A stretch of 64,000 bases of DNA from Flaccisagitta enflata (lineage: Eukaryota): NCBI GenBank assembly GCA_965153355.1, contig OZ231126.1, positions 34,038,001-34,102,000 of the forward strand, in the 5' to 3' direction. Numbering within the stretch: the first letter of the stretch is position 1; the number at the start of each line of letters is the position of its first letter. Position numbers and translations under genes: made by a program. The notes under the pieces are model-generated. The model was given only the letters and a program-made list of their open reading frames with translations. It was not told the DNA's origin and searched no databases. Shown here piece by piece: positions 13,362 through 28,288 of the stretch.

Positions 13362-13689
13362 GCGCGTGCGATCACAAGCTCAGTCACAGGAAGAAAAAGC
13401 AAAGGATGCATCTACAGGTTGAATTTTGTTCTTGTTATTTATCTTTTTGTTTTTCTTTCTTTCTTTCTTTCTTTCTTTCTATCTATATTTCTTTATTTCT
13501 TAGTTGCGGACCCGCAACTCTATTAGAGGCTTTGTCTGTTCGTCCATCCGTCCGTCTGTTCATCAGTCATACCATTAGTCTGTGGACGCACGTCAAAAAA
13601 TGATCTGATGCTTGCATGTGTGTGAGGAGGGGGGTGTGAATAGAGGTAGGACGCCTCTGCCCACCCATTACTTGTTTCAATGCTTTCAT

Positions 13690-13993
13690 TCTTTCTCTTT
13701 TTCTTTTTGTCTGATATCTTTCTTTCTCTTTTTCTTTTTGTCTGATATCTTTCTTTCTCTTTTTCTTTTTGTCTGATATCTTTCTTTCTCTTTTTCTTTT
13801 TGTCTGATATCTTTCTTTCTCTTTTTCTTTTTGTCTGATATCTTTCTTTCTCTTTTTCTTTTTGTCTGATATCTTTCTTTCTATTTTTCTTTTTGTCTGA
13901 TATCTTTCTTTCTATTTTTCTTTTTGTCTGATATCTTTCTTTCTCTTTTTCTTTTTGTCTGATATCTTTCTTTCTCTTTTTCTTTTTGTCTGA

Positions 13994-14000
<7 letters not shown>
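13690..14000. repeat. ~31-bp minisatellite (tttttctttttgtctgatatctttctttctc), about 10 units
   Basis: Read directly; source of the K/R-rich ORFs 13523-14125 and 13881-14240. Confidence 0.95.
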
Positions 14001-14067
<67 letters not shown>

Positions 14068-15789
14068 TTTTTTTCATTTCTTTTTCTATTTTTTCCTCCA
14101 TCTTTTTCTCTCTTCTTCCTTTCATTTCTTTTAGTTTTTACAAGCATGTAAGCACAAAAACAAGCATGCAAGCATGTATTCCAACAAGCAAAAATGATAC
14201 TATCTAGAACATATGTATATCGGCGAGCGTTTTGGGTCATATCTCTGCTAGAAATAAAAAAATCATATAAAAATCAGTGAGATTCTGAAACTACATCGAA
14301 TTTCTGATCTAGTGCCACCAACCGCGTTCTTGTAGCTTGATTCGTTTAGAAATGACGGGCAAAACAAGAATGCTACTTCAAATGAAAATGGCTAAAAAAT
14401 TATATTTTTTTTTCTTGTCGCTTTTGGTACTTGATCAAGTGTTATTTTTTTGTTAGTTTAAGGTTGTTGTCTAACGTTAAGGCTGCTACAGTGATGCCAT
14501 AGGATCGCCTTGTCATTTCCATGGTCACTCCAAACTCATTTATAGATCAGATGGTTGGTAAGTAAGCAGCTATGGAGAAGGTTTCACGCATCATTTGATA
14601 TGGATAAAAAAAATTCTGCTCTGAAGGTGTAAAGGAAGACTACGTCATCCTTTCTCAAAATATCTTTTCAAGAGCATATGAAGATAATTAAGGCCGTTAT
14701 TGTTGTTCACAAGATACATACAAAGAGTCTCAAAGATCAGCTTATGTTTTTTCTAGTCATTTGATGAATTAACAGCCTGATAATGATCTTGCCGATATAC
14801 TTTTGTTCTAGATAGTAGATTTGCATTTATGCTGACAACATACAGCTTGATTATGAAAATTGAGGCTCAATGTCCATCAGATATCCCACCACCACACAAA
14901 CCATTTCACCATCAGCTCGCTTTTTCGAAGGAGCAAAAAATCACTTCAACTCATGCTCACTGAAAATAACAAATTTGCATAGAAAACGCAAAAATGAAAA
15001 AAACAAAAACATACGACGCTTAAAAATTAGTATATCTCGCGTCGCATGTTTTTAAAAATGCAAAAAGTTTGACCGTTTTACAGATTTGTTATTTTCAAGA
15101 TGAAAAATCTTTTTTTCGAAAACTCCTTTTTAGCATGGATTTTGGAATCAAAGGAGGAAAAGCGATACTTAAAATTTGCCTAGGATCATGAAAATTGACA
15201 CGCAAGTAGTTGAGCATGTTCCCTAACACCTGTTAAAATTTCATAGCTTAACTCTGACGGGAAGTATCGTAAACAAAAATAATAAGTTGTACACTACGAT
15301 TTTATGATTTTCTTTTGTAACTTGACCTCCTTCAGGTGTTTTTTTCGTAAGGTGACAAAATTGCATATATTAAGGTGGAAAAAATTATCTCTGGCAACTA
15401 TTAACATAATTAACACATTTCGGGGAAAAAATGGATCAAATGGCCAAAATCGTATCGCTGACAGTGACAGAAAAATGGTCTTTTAAAAAAATTCTCACGC
15501 ACAATTTAAAATTACCTGGCGTTCCTCATTGTATCGACTGTTCCCTTCGCTATAAAACGGCTAACTGCGGACCTATTTTTTGAGGGGGTGTGCTATATGC
15601 TTCTTTGAAGCATGTGAAAGCATTTTTTTGGTTCATAGTAAATATCTTGATGCGAAAAATTGATCAAAAAGTGACTGAATGAACTTTTTTCCCTTTACTT
15701 GCTCCAAGTCCTATTTAAACTTTGAAATGTCCCAGGTGATAATTGTGCATCCTGGCAGCACAGTCTCTTTCTCATTTCAACTCCGGACA

Positions 15790-16210
15790 CTATGAGAGGC
15801 TTTGTCTGTCCGTCCATCCATCAGTTTGTTGGTCCGTCTGTCCGTCCAAGTGGTAAAAATGTGGTCTAGATGCTTGTATGTGGGGGTTGAGGTGTGAATG
15901 GGGGTTGGATGCCCCTGTCCACCTGTCCCCACGAAAACCCCGTGTTACATGTTTTTCTCTGAATCTCTCTCTGTCTCTTTCTCCCCCTCTGTCTGTCTGT
16001 CTGTCTGTCAGTCCATCCATCAGTCTGTTGGTCCGTCTGTCCATCCGAGTGGAAAAAAATGTGGTCTAGATGCTTGTGTGTGGGGGTTGGGGTGTGAATG
16101 GGGGTTTGATGCCCCTGTCCACCTGTCCCCAATGAAAACCCCGTGTTACATGGTTTTCTCTGTTTCTCTCTCTGTCTCTTTCTCACCTTCTGTCTGTCTA
16201 TCTGTCTGTC
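15790..16210 (+). repeat. Tandem duplication (~180-bp unit) of a HINE-derived segment
   Basis: aatgtggtctagatgcttg...gcccctgtccacctgtcccca...aaaaccccgtgttacat occurs twice. Confidence 0.85.
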
Positions 16211-16216
16211 TGTCCC

Positions 16217-16335
<119 letters not shown>

Positions 16336-16483
16336 TTACGACTTTTTTCCTACGGCGATTAGCCGCCTCTATTGGTAAACTGACGAATGAGCAAAAGCTC
16401 GATCAAAAGAGCGATGTTTGGGTGGGTGAATAAGATGAAACTCCTTGACCTTGATCTAAACCTCGAGGTTGCTTTTGACATTT

Positions 16484-16603
16484 TTAGGTGCGACAAAGCA
16501 CCTCTTTAACTGGCTGTGTCCGTCGGTCGGTCGGTCGGTCTGTCGGGTAACGCATTCGTTTGATGAACCACACGTCGCACCTTATTGGCCTACTTGGCCT
16601 TGT
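16484..16603 (+). mobile_element. Short HINE (aggtgcg subfamily)
   Basis: tttaggtgcgac...gtcgcacct subTIR pair, (GTCG)n and ggccttgt end. Confidence 0.75.
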
Positions 16604-17674
16604 TATTTGTAGCACGCCTTTTGGTCTCTTCATTTTTTGGCTCTGTATAGAAATGAGAAGAATTTCACAAGGCTGCCGCAATTGTTATATCACACGTAAG
16701 AGCATGAATATCAACTTGCAATTGTATAGCTGTGAAAAACCATGCGTCTCAGTGAACGGCGACGAGCGCGTGATTGTACTCTCGGGTCCTTGCAATGATT
16801 GGAAAAAAGTCGAATTACGTAATTCGACTTTTTGAAACGTAGGGGAGAAATAAAGTTTTCCATTTTGGGTTTGGGACAATTTTCGGAAGTTGTGCCGTTT
16901 TTGGGCTGGGAGTATATATTTTTTGATATTCATAGCTAAGAAAGATCCTATTTTTCTCTTTCAAATGGCGCTAACCAGAAGTCTCTACAATCATTAGTTT
17001 TGGCGCTATGAATTTTTCAATCTTTTATTATTTTTCCGAATTTTCGCGAAAATCGATAATTTTCTTGATCCTATTTCAGAGCCATATGTAACATGATAGA
17101 TGAGTCAAGATGTTACACAAATTGACCCTAACTTTTATGACGCTTTTTGCATTTACTCTACTTTTAGAGAGTAAGAGATAGTTAGAGAGAGAGTAAGAGA
17201 GAGAGAGAATAGAAAACACACACACACACACACACACATACATTCATACACAAACACAACACACATACACATTCATAGAGGAGAGAGACACACACACACA
17301 CACACACACACAAGAGAGAGAGAGAAGAGAGAGATACAGAGAAACAGATTGAATGACAAAAACAAGCAAGCAGTCAACCAGACATCATGAGATGCACATG
17401 GAAGAACATGCACTGAAAAAAAAGTTTCCCATTTATGACTTTTTTCCAGTCGGCGAGAGCCGCCTTTATTGGTATGAGACCTCTGGTAAAATCACCATTT
17501 TGCCACATGCTTACACTTACAAGAGAAGAAGAAAAAGACATTTCCTGACAAGTAAGAACTGACCCATCATCCCATTTTTGAGCGCTGGAATCTAATCAGA
17601 TGTGATTTCCCCCACAAACTCGCACTCTGGCGGACAAAGGTTCTCTCATTTTCTCTCCTTCAGTCTCTCTCTCT

Positions 17675-17822
<148 letters not shown>

Positions 17823-18125
17823 CAGTCTCTTGTTCAGGCCGTCCATTTGACCTCGGACTCAATTAACTTACCTGAAAACTCGGAATTGCCTTGAATGTTT
17901 GACTCTTATTCCATTAGTCTTCTGCCTTTCTTCATCCTTAACTTTTTTTCATTGAACGTTTTCCTATCGAACTTTTTTTCTCCGCCTGTTCACATGTCGA
18001 TCTTTTTTGTTGCGGACATATACAGCGCCGTATGGGAGCCTCTATGTTTGGAGCCGCCACCTCCACTTTGTGTCACAACAATTTTTGTGTCGCGACCAAT
18101 TTTGCAAAACAAGAAACCGGTGACA

Positions 18126-18185
<60 letters not shown>

Positions 18186-18483
18186 GGATGAGTGTCCCGA
18201 CAAAGTTCCGCCATGGCACCCCCGGCGGCCCCTTGCCATACGGCCCTGGACATATATATGAGGCTTGGTCCGTCGGTACGTTGGTCCGTCAGTCTGTAAT
18301 GCACAAGTCAAAAATTGTAGAATTGCACAATTCTGTGTGTCAGTATGTGTCGAGCGGGTGTTGAGGGGGAGTTGGGTCGTCGATGGGGATGGTACGCCCC
18401 TGCCCACCCGCCCCGCCCGCATCAATACTGAGTTACCGATATGATAAAGAATGGGCCGAGTGACTTCCCTATCACGGAGATTT

Positions 18484-18517
<34 letters not shown>

Positions 18518-19132
18518 ACGCACACGCACACGCACACGCACACGCACACGCACACTTTGTACCGTCTTTCTATTTCTGCGAGGTCACGTCTTTGAGGTTT
18601 CCCTTCTGATGGATCTGATTTGGCGCGGTCATGTTTTGACTCTGAAGGTGTCTTGGGAGCCCGTCTCTGCATGTAGTAATCGAATGTAAGGTCAAAAAGC
18701 CGTCTCCTCTTCGTGAGTGAGGGGGGAAATCTTTGATATCCTTTGCTTTAAAAGTCTTGTACGCTTAATGGAGGTTCCCATCTTTCAAACGTGACTTAAC
18801 ATCTCTCCGAGTCTTGGGCGCTCACTTTTTTATTCTCGTAGGCAGGAGCTAGAAGATTCAAAAGCGTACATAGTCTGTCGGTCGATCTGTAAGTGTAACT
18901 CCATATTTGAGTTACATACCGAGAGTCATTTTTTTTTCTCATGTCACTTTCTTTAGTACTGTCTGACTTCCTCGCGCGCAGAGATTGCCACTAACGTTTT
19001 TCGCTGCATCATTTACTAATCTTTTGTACACACCCGAATAAAGGCAGCCGTAACTTCAACCTTGCTTTTTTTCATATCACGGATTGTGCAGACATGGGGT
19101 TTGGGGAGCCGATGCGGCAACGGAAATGCGCG

Positions 19133-19617
19133 TTTTTGGGCAGCGGCCCCGAAGGGGACGAAGTCCTGTAGAACACAGGGGACTTTCGTTCGTTCGTTTG
19201 TTTGTTTGTCCGTTCGTCCCCCCCAGGCCCTCTCAGGCCTGAAATCTGCCCTCTCAGGCCTAAAATCTGCCCTCTCAGGCCTGAAATCTGCCCTCTCAGG
19301 CCTTGAATCTGCCCTCTCAGGCCTGAAATCTGTCCTCCCAGGCCTTAGATCTGCCCTCGCAGATTCAAGGCCTGAGAAGGTAGATTTCAGGCCTGAGAGG
19401 GCAGATTTTAGGCCTGAAAGGCCAGATTTCAGGCCTGAGAGGGCCTGGGGGGCGGACGGACGAACGAACGAATGAACGAATGAACGAAAGTCTCCTGTGT
19501 TCTACAGGACTTCGTCCCTTTCAGGGCCGCTGCCCTGCCTCTCATTCCAAGTTTCAACCATGCAAAGCAGGGCAACGGGTATCGCTGACCACGTATTGCC
19601 CTTGGGCGACCTGTTTA
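19133..19617 (+). mobile_element. HINE family B: long subterminal IRs around head-to-head 21-bp minisatellite arrays
   Basis: gggcagcggccccgaaggggacgaagtcctgtagaacacagg is inverted at about 19495-19535; unpaired 3' tail ends in hairpin tgcccttgggcg then cctgttt. Confidence 0.8.
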
Positions 19618-20029
19618 ATGTTTCGACTCAATCATTTTGACCGACGAACAAACGGACGGACCGACCAACGGACAAAGCCTTTGATGAAGTCGTGATTAAA
19701 AAAAAAAAAAAAAAAGAACAACAAATAAATCAAGATAAATTGAATGTCAATGGGAAAAAAACCGAACAGGCATTCTCGAATTGGACATGAAATAGAGATT
19801 GACCTTAGATCCGGAATCTGAGTCTTTGAGAATTTTTCGATTTTAATTCTAAATGAGGCCGGTCTAGAGGGACTAACGGCATGAGCTTCAGCTCTAATTA
19901 ATCAGCTTGAATTTGGTCCTGATAGATACCTTGGCGTATGCACATAACTCTGTTCATCTCATTGACCAAAATTTTGAACTTCTTAGGAGCCCCTAAGGGC
20001 CCCCAAAAAAGCCCTTAATGAGGATTTTT

Positions 20030-20410
20030 TTTCGAAAAAAAAAGTGGGGTGCAATCAACAGGAAATTTTTTGATTCGCCTAGATCCAAAATTTGTATTTT
20101 TACTTTTTTTCAAAGAACTTAAAAAAATATTGTGTCGCGCGTCGGGGACTTAATAAAAAAATCGCAAAATATTTTTTTGAAAAATGTTTTTCAAAAGTGG
20201 GGTGCAATCATAAGGAAAATGTTGTATTCGCCTAAATCTTGTATCTTTATTTCTTCTTTAAATACTTTAAAAAATTTGTATCGCGCGTTGGGGACTGAGA
20301 AAAAAAATCACATTTTTTTTTTGAAAAATGGTTTCCAAAAGTGGGGTGCCATCAATGGGAAATTGTTTGATTCGCCTAGATCCAAAATCCTGTAACCTTA
20401 CTTTTTTTTC
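20030..20410. repeat. ~150-bp tandem repeat x3 inside a larger unclassified repeat
   Basis: aaaagtggggtgc.atca...attcgccta occurs at about 20040, 20193 and 20337. Confidence 0.8.
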
Positions 20411-20764
20411 AAAAAACTTGGACTCTGTTGAAATTCAGTGTCGGCCATATTTTAAAAGAAAGTTTGAAAATTCTCCTTAATTTTTTTCAGCTTGATATGG
20501 TTCAAACAAACGCTCATAACACCTAAGTATTTGAGCCAGAACCTTGAAATTTGAAACGTGCGATATTGAAAGCGCTGAGCAGGTCTACTGACTGACCTAG
20601 GAAAATTTTCGAGTCAAAGTCTAGATGAGAAGACTCATCCTTGAGTGAAGGCAATGCTTCATTGTACAACTCCTCTTACCGGTTTTATTAAATTCCTTTT
20701 TACGTGATTTCTATTCCAAGTTCCTTTCCTCATCGGCCGGAGTATAAAGCCCGTTTGCCTAGTG

Positions 20765-20805
<41 letters not shown>

Positions 20806-21030
20806 GTCGTCCCTACAATCATTCCTCATTGTGTAGGTCCATCCATCTGTCCGTGGTTGTGGGCTGCAGATGTAGCCGGAATCCAATGTAGTGGATCCAA
20901 TTTAATTTTCCCATTCACGAAAGAATTATGTACCTGTTGGACTAGACAATGCGGCCTTAGTAGTCAGTATTACATCATCAATTTGTAATATGGAAGGCGA
21001 GGTATTAAATATACTGCGCAAGTGGACCCT

Positions 21031-21636
21031 CATACCATCTTGGCCAAAATAAAAGTCCCACCTATATGGCTAATTTGTGATGAAAAAAACTATTAAAATC
21101 AGTGACCATTGAAAAGAGCTTGAAAAAATCTTCAAAATGGCGCCTTGCAGAGCTCAGTTGATCAATTTATTTAGATTTTAGAGCTAAAAGAGTGAAAACG
21201 TTCACCTCAGCAAAAAGCAGAAAATATGCAAAAAAGAGGGGAAAAAATTGACCTCTCTATTTTCACTTTTTCTTGGCTTATCATGAGATAATCATATAAA
21301 AATTGGTGACCATTGCAAAGAGCTTCAAAAAATCTGCCTAGTGCCGCCAAGCATATTTTCTTAGTTCAAACCGTTTAGATTTTCTATCAAAATGAATATA
21401 CCTTGATCTGAAAGCACTAAAGACAAAAATTGTTAAAAAAATCAAAGGACTTGTTGTACAAAATTGTTCAAAAATCCTTCATCTATGTCTACCAAAATGA
21501 TTACAAATGATATTTAGTACCAAAAAGGCCTAAACTAATTATTTTTACAAAAAAGATTTAATTCTGTACAGAGAATAACAGCAATAAATAACTATACTGT
21601 TTTACTTGGACTCTTTTTTTTGGCCAAGATGGTATG
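21031..21636. mobile_element. TIR MITE
   Basis: cataccatcttggccaaaa ... ttttggccaagatggtatg. Confidence 0.75.
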
Positions 21637-22095
21637 TACGGCTTTGCATTTACTCCATTCAGTTATCGCGATAACTTCAAGGTTTCTGAACGCGCGTCGA
21701 GTTTTTAGTTGCGGACACGCAACTCTAAAAGAGGCTTTGTCCGTCCGTTGGTCCGTTGGTCCGTTGGTCCGTCGGTCCGTCGGTCCGTCACACTCGAATT
21801 GTCATGCTCGAGTTAAAACGCGGAAAACGCGTATTTTGGATGCTGCAGCCGGTATTGTTTGTGTGTGAGTGTGTTGGAGGGTGGTTATAGGTGAATGGGT
21901 GGTGAGGAGATGATTTGGGGGTGATGGGTACTTATTTATCGTGATGGCAGGATCCGGAGCACTGTGTGGTTGGGGGTGTGGTTGGGATGAGGCTGGGGGT
22001 TGGACGTCCGCAACGATATTGTGAACCCGCGTCACTTGTTTTCTCCACTTCCGTATTTTTCCCCTCCTATCTCCCTTGTTTGCCAACCTCCTCTT

Positions 22096-22209
<114 letters not shown>

Positions 22210-23046
22210 AGAGGCAATCACAGAGGAGAGACTTTGCTCTCTCGTGTTCTCATTCTCGCTTCAGCGCGTGTCGGTGGAAACCCGCGACGTTAAATCCTGG
22301 CGACCGCTAATTTCATTTTCCGACTCCGCTTCCGCCGCCCCCCTCAGCCTCCACCAATATTTATTTCCTCGCCACCCTTTTCCTTCTGCCACCACTACTG
22401 CCCCTGGCCCCCTGCTTCCTACCGCCTCAACGGCTCCACTGCCAAGTGCCAACTCACTGTTTCCGCCCCCCCCTTTCTAAAACAAATGCCATTATCAAGT
22501 CTTACCCCACTTCCACCTCCATACCCAACTGCCAGCGCCATCGCCAGTTCCGCCACTTTCCTTCTGCCACTACCGCCATCTCCAACCTCTCTTTACAACC
22601 AACACCACCTACGAGCCGATACAACAGGTCCTTTGCCGTGAGTCCGTGACCGTTGCCATAACCACGACACCGCCATTTGTTTCACTACTGCTGCCACTGC
22701 CACGTCACCGCTGCTTTTTGGGTTTTTTTCTTTTTCTTAAATTTACAGACAGAGACATAGAGTTGCACTTATTACTCTGTAATTTACGGTGATTTAATTG
22801 TGATGACGGGGTAATCATAGGGTGACAGGTAATTGTTATTTATGGTGGTGGGATCTGTGCCAGTAAGTTCCCGTGGGTGTCTGTTCATTTGCCCTCATTC
22901 ACACACCAGCATGCAGCGCCTGACCTCGCTCGCACGGGTGCGCCTGTCCTCGCTCGTTTGTACGCACGTGTGGGTCTCTTCCCTCTTTTGAATTATTTCT
23001 AGTCAGGAAAAAAAGAAATCTGCTCTTCGAACGCACAACCGCTATG

Positions 23047-23218
<172 letters not shown>

Positions 23219-23479
23219 TTAAAATACACACATAAGGATGGAAATAAGAATATTCAAGGATAACAGAGGGGAAAACAGACCGACGAACATACGATGGAAA
23301 GAGAATTCGAGCATGGAAACGGCAAAGAAAAAATCATGTGGAAGAAGCTCTTTTTTTTTCTAATCCGAAACCAGATTCATATCAGAGCCCCGGAAAAAAA
23401 TTACGGCTTTCATTTCTAATTCACTCTCCTTTTTATTTCGTTCCAGATTTCCAGTCTTCCTAACTCCAATCTCTTTTTT

Positions 23480-23630
23480 TTTAGTCGCGGACACGCGACT
23501 CTATAAGCCACTTTTCGGTCCGTCGGTCCGTCCGTCCGTCCGTCCGTCCGTCCGTAACAAAGTCCTTTTTTGTGGTTTTCCGCTCCTGCCCACCCGTCCG
23601 CGACTAATGCTGTCGTGTATACGGCCTTGT
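23480..23630 (+). mobile_element. HINE family A
   Basis: Both termini and (GTCC)n present. Confidence 0.9.
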
Positions 23631-24144
23631 TCTATTTCACCCTTGATTCTCCTCCTTCATTCCTTTCATTTTTTCCCTTTTCAGTTTATAAACATTCGTG
23701 ACCAAGTCAGCAAGGGTTCACGTCCATCGGTCTATAAATGTGTTCGTCTGTCGATTGGTAACGATTTGTCCATTTCATGACATTTATCCTGAGCCACTTT
23801 TGCTAATCCGTCCTTTTACATCATCACCCTTGTGCAATTGCAAGCGACGTTGAAAGCCGTGGGACTGGTCTTGTCCTTTGTACTTTGTATGTTGACTTAC
23901 TAAGTGAGAGGATGTGTGCGTCAGTTCGCTGTTCCGTCCGCAATGACATTTTCGGAAGATGTGATATTGTCAGAAAATGTGACTTATGAGCATTACACCA
24001 CCTGCATCTGTCCACCCACACAACTCCCCCTGACCATCCACATTCAAACCACTGAATAATGCTAACTAGTAGTTGCGTAGACTATTTACATTCTCTCCAG
24101 CGTACATGCGCAAAGTCCCGTGTTAGTTAGTCTGTCTTCCCAGT

Positions 24145-24515
24145 CCTAAGCACGCGACTCTACAACCCGCTTTATCCGTCCGTCAGTCCATCAGTCTGTC
24201 GGTTGGTCCGTTAAACTTTATTTTTTTTATTTCTTTAAGTTGTTTTCAGTCATTTTAGCTCTTAAGAAGTCATTTTTAGTCATTCTAAGCCATTCTGAGT
24301 CATTTTAAGTCATATTAAGTCATATTGAGTCACTTAAGTCTATCAGATTATTTAGTCATTTAAGTCATTTTACATCATCTTATGCATTTTTAAGTCATTT
24401 TAAGTCATTTAATGTCATCCTGAATCATTTGATGTCATCCTGAGTCATTTAACGTCAATTGAAGCCATCTTAAGTTATTTATGTCCCGCACGGGACTTAT
24501 AGGTGTTGGCCTTGT
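24145..24515 (+). mobile_element. HINE with 10-bp taagtcattt minisatellite
   Basis: gcacgcgactctacaacccgc start, tandem 10-mers at 24235-24480, ggccttgt end. Confidence 0.7.
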
Positions 24516-24813
24516 TTTAATTCAGTTTATTCTTCTCTCAAATTTTCGCGTGTGTCTCTCTTTGCTTCCATTTGCATATTTGTTTTGAATTGCGGCTGTT
24601 AATCTTCCATCCATTTGAAAATGAGAAATCCATGAAGGGGAATTCGAAATGACAAAATTCGCATTAGGCCAGACTTTTTTTCTTGCCAAAGTTTGAGATA
24701 ACGCTGCGCCTGCGCATCCACCAGTAACTTAGCAAATTGCAGTGCTTTCAGAGCGAATATCAGCAAACTCTACCCATGTGCTTTTAAGTTTTGCATTGAG
24801 TGAGAACCATCTA

Positions 24814-25359
24814 ACACCCCTTCCATAATTAGGCGAACTGGGATAAAAGGGCGCTGTTTAAGGGTTGATGAATACGAGTATGATCAATCAAACAATGTAA
24901 AACATCAACATCAGTCAATTTCATCAGCATAATGCAAAAGATGACTCAAAAATGTAAACGGATATCTCCTTATGAGCTCAATTACGCAAATTAGCGAAAG
25001 GTACCGTAAGGGCCTGCTCTGGCCATGATCTCAATTTGTCACCTTCTTTTCATGGGCTTTCGTCAGTTTATGCAGCTTTCCCTGCCCCTCCCTGCGCTAC
25101 TGACTCTCCGGCATCATTTTACCTCTTTACCCGATATATGGCGGTTTTTTTGGCATCCCATCTCAAAATGCTGGAAAGTATACATCTTCCCCTTTGAAAC
25201 ATTTTTCCCGTAGAAATCGGCCATAATCTGATGCTGCACTGCTGGTGAAAGACCCTCCATCTCCCGCAACATGCAGGAAAGTCCCCTATATCGCTTTACT
25301 GCATTTTTACCATCTATTTGGATCATTTTTTCCAGTTCGCTTAATTATGGAAGGGGTGT
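24814..25359. mobile_element. TA-flanked MITE
   Basis: TIR acaccccttccataatta(g/a)gcgaactgg at both ends. Confidence 0.85.
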
Positions 25360-26486
25360 TATTTGGTAAAAAGATCAACTTTATGAATGAGGCACATTTA
25401 CTTTTTACCCGTTAAGACAACTGAACTCATGCCATTCAGTAGTCAGTACACACACCAGCCCAAATTCCAGCCTTCTCAAAATTTTTTTTGTTATAACCGC
25501 CCTCCCATACCGCTTGATAGATTTGGAACCAATCGCCAATCCTGCCATTGTCGGTGCACTTTTTCTTATGATAGGTCGTGTCGCTTGTGTTCGCCACTAA
25601 AATCTTGCAACAGTTTGATCCTTTAACAAAAGTTGAAAAACGCGCGCATGGTATGCCTCGCAACAGGGAAGCATGTCAGCAGGTTGCACTAATGCTGAGT
25701 CGCCGACCCAAGAATGAGGAAATATTTTTGAATATTCCTGTGGTTCGGGAAATTCCTTCTCTCGCGGTTTTGGTTCCATTTCATACGTCTCAAATTCCGT
25801 CGGGCGAATATCTTTTATTTTTTCGTTTTTGGTGCCTCCATGTGAGAGAGGAGTTCCCAAAACATAAGATAAAATGTAAAAACAAATCTGAAAATATTTT
25901 TGAAGAATGGTAATGGGGTCAAGAGGGCACCACGGCATAGGGTGGTTCGACGGGTGTGGGGTTGGTGAGCGTATGAAGCGTATGGAAACGCGTATGAGTT
26001 AGCTTGAGAAAAATCCTCCCTCCCACGATTTTAAACATCTTCAGTCATCCAAATTCAATTTTTAACGATTGAACCTAAAAAGTTATGAGGGGCTCCCTAA
26101 GGACCATTTCCCCGAGTGCTCTTTATATCGTATCGTACGTCTTAACCATCCATTAGTACTAAGATCTTCTCATCGCTTGCCAATTGCCATCGAGAATGTT
26201 ATTTCATTTTTTTTATTGTTTTTTTTTTTTTTGCCATTGCCGAATCAAGATCGAGGATTGTTCAAAAAAAGTTAATCTTCAATGTATGGTACCGAGGGAC
26301 CGATGAAACGACGGAGCAATTGGACCCGAGGGTCGTTCATATATATTCGGCGGCGAAAATATCAATCGCTGCTTGATTCATACAGATGCTCGGTTGGTTG
26401 GTCGATCGACTGGTCTGTTGGCGATGTTCATCATAAATTGACATTATGTTCATCATAAATTAACATTATGTTTTGTCATTTATTTT

Positions 26487-26788
26487 TAAGTCGCTGGCTA
26501 AGCGACTCTTTATGAGGCTGTGTACCTTGGTCGGAAGGAAGATCCGTGACGCGAAACTAAGGATGGCGCGAAATCGGCTGAAATGCTGAATTTTAGCATC
26601 ACGGCCCCTGCCTACACGCATTACTGCCCCTGCACACACGAATTACTGCCCCTGCCCACCTGTCAGTGACCGTGTATACGGCCCTGTTTCCTTACGCTCT
26701 CTTGTTGAGCTTTTCGGTTCCAACTCTGCCGCTGTCTCTCTACCTCTATCTCACTCCCATTACATTTTCTGTCTTCCTTTTCTTACGT

Positions 26789-26872
<84 letters not shown>

Positions 26873-27302
26873 TCGTTCTTTCATTGATTCTTCTTTTTTT
26901 CTTCCTTTCTTATTCTCCGTTTTTAGTTGCGGACACACAACTCTATAAGAGGCGTTGTCCGTCTGTTGATCCGTTGGTCCCTCCGTGGTGATCGAGTCGA
27001 AAAGGGGAAAAACGAGCGTTTTAGATCCAGTTTGTGTAGGTTTGTGTGTTGGATTGGGTGTTGGGGTGTGGATGGGGGTTGGATGCCCCTGCCCACCCGT
27101 CCGCAACGATATTGTGAGCCCGCGTCACTTGTTTCTCTGCAATTCGTGTGTTCTAGTCGCAGACACACGACTATATGGGCCACTTGGTCCGTCCGCGCGT
27201 TTTTCTCCTCGCCGCTCCTGCCAGAGTACTTGACTAGCCCCCTACGTATCTGCCCCTGCCCGCCCGTCCGCGACTGAAGAATGCCGATTATCCGGCCTTG
27301 TT
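26487..27302 (+). mobile_element. Cluster of three HINE copies (about 26487-26690, 26920-27131, 27153-27302) around a (CTTT)n tract
   Basis: Each has an agt(c/t)gc...gc(g/a)actct start and a cttgtt/cctgtt end. Confidence 0.75.
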
Positions 27303-27515
27303 TTCTCTATCGCTATAAATCTTTCTGATGAAGGCAATTTACTCGAGACACAAAGAAAATGATGCTTTTTTATTCTCTTTTTTTAATCTTCTTTTTTTTC
27401 TCTTTCCTTCTTTTAATTTCATCTACCCTTAATTTACCGCGATCCTAAGACACTGTTTGTTATTCAGGCGTTTCAGATAGAAAAAGAAATTCTTCTCGCT
27501 CAACGAATGGAGATG

Positions 27516-27644
<129 letters not shown>

Positions 27645-28288
27645 GAGACCGACAGACAGAGAGACCGACAGACAGAGAGACCGACAGACAGAGAGACAGA
27701 CAGACAGAGAGACAGAGACAAACACATGCAGTTGGAACAACGAAAACATTACCTTAGACCGTAGACACATTGTATGAAACACTGAGACAGAAACCCGCAA
27801 AAAGGTTGAGACCGAGAATGAGACTGCTTAAATGATAGACGCGCAAGGACAGAAAAGTCGGACAGACAAGACGAACGGACCAGTAAATTTCACATCGTGT
27901 TAGGTAGGCGAACAGACAGATAAAAGGCAGAGAGGCAAAACCAAACATCAGGGGAAGGCGGGAAGCGGAAAGAAAGATCAGGACGCGGAGAAAAACAGTG
28001 GCATGGAAAGACGGAGATGAATAGAGACTCTTAAGTTAAAACGTTGGCCGTGGATGAAAGTTGCAGCGGCGGAAAAAGGGGAGACATTTTGAGAAACAAA
28101 TGGTGAGGAAGTTGAAAACATTGCCTGCCTTTTTTGGAAACGGAAACAAGGTCAAGGGATGGAAGACAGAGGGGAGACAGGAAGAAGTAGGAAGGCGAAA
28201 AAGAGGAAGAGGAAAAAGAAAAAGAAAAAGAAAAAGAAAAAGAAAAAGAAAAAGAAAAAGAAAAGGAAAAAGACGGAGATGAAGATGA

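Noticed and set aside
13690-14000. Regular repeats that might suggest a CRISPR array
   Set aside because: No unique spacers, no cas genes, eukaryotic context.
13523-14240. 200-aa K/R/E-rich ORF
   Set aside because: Arises from a ~31-bp minisatellite and (CTTT)n; the unit is not a multiple of 3.
22230-22715. GC-rich Pro/Thr/Ala-like stretch
   Set aside because: No sustained frame or convincing splice pair.
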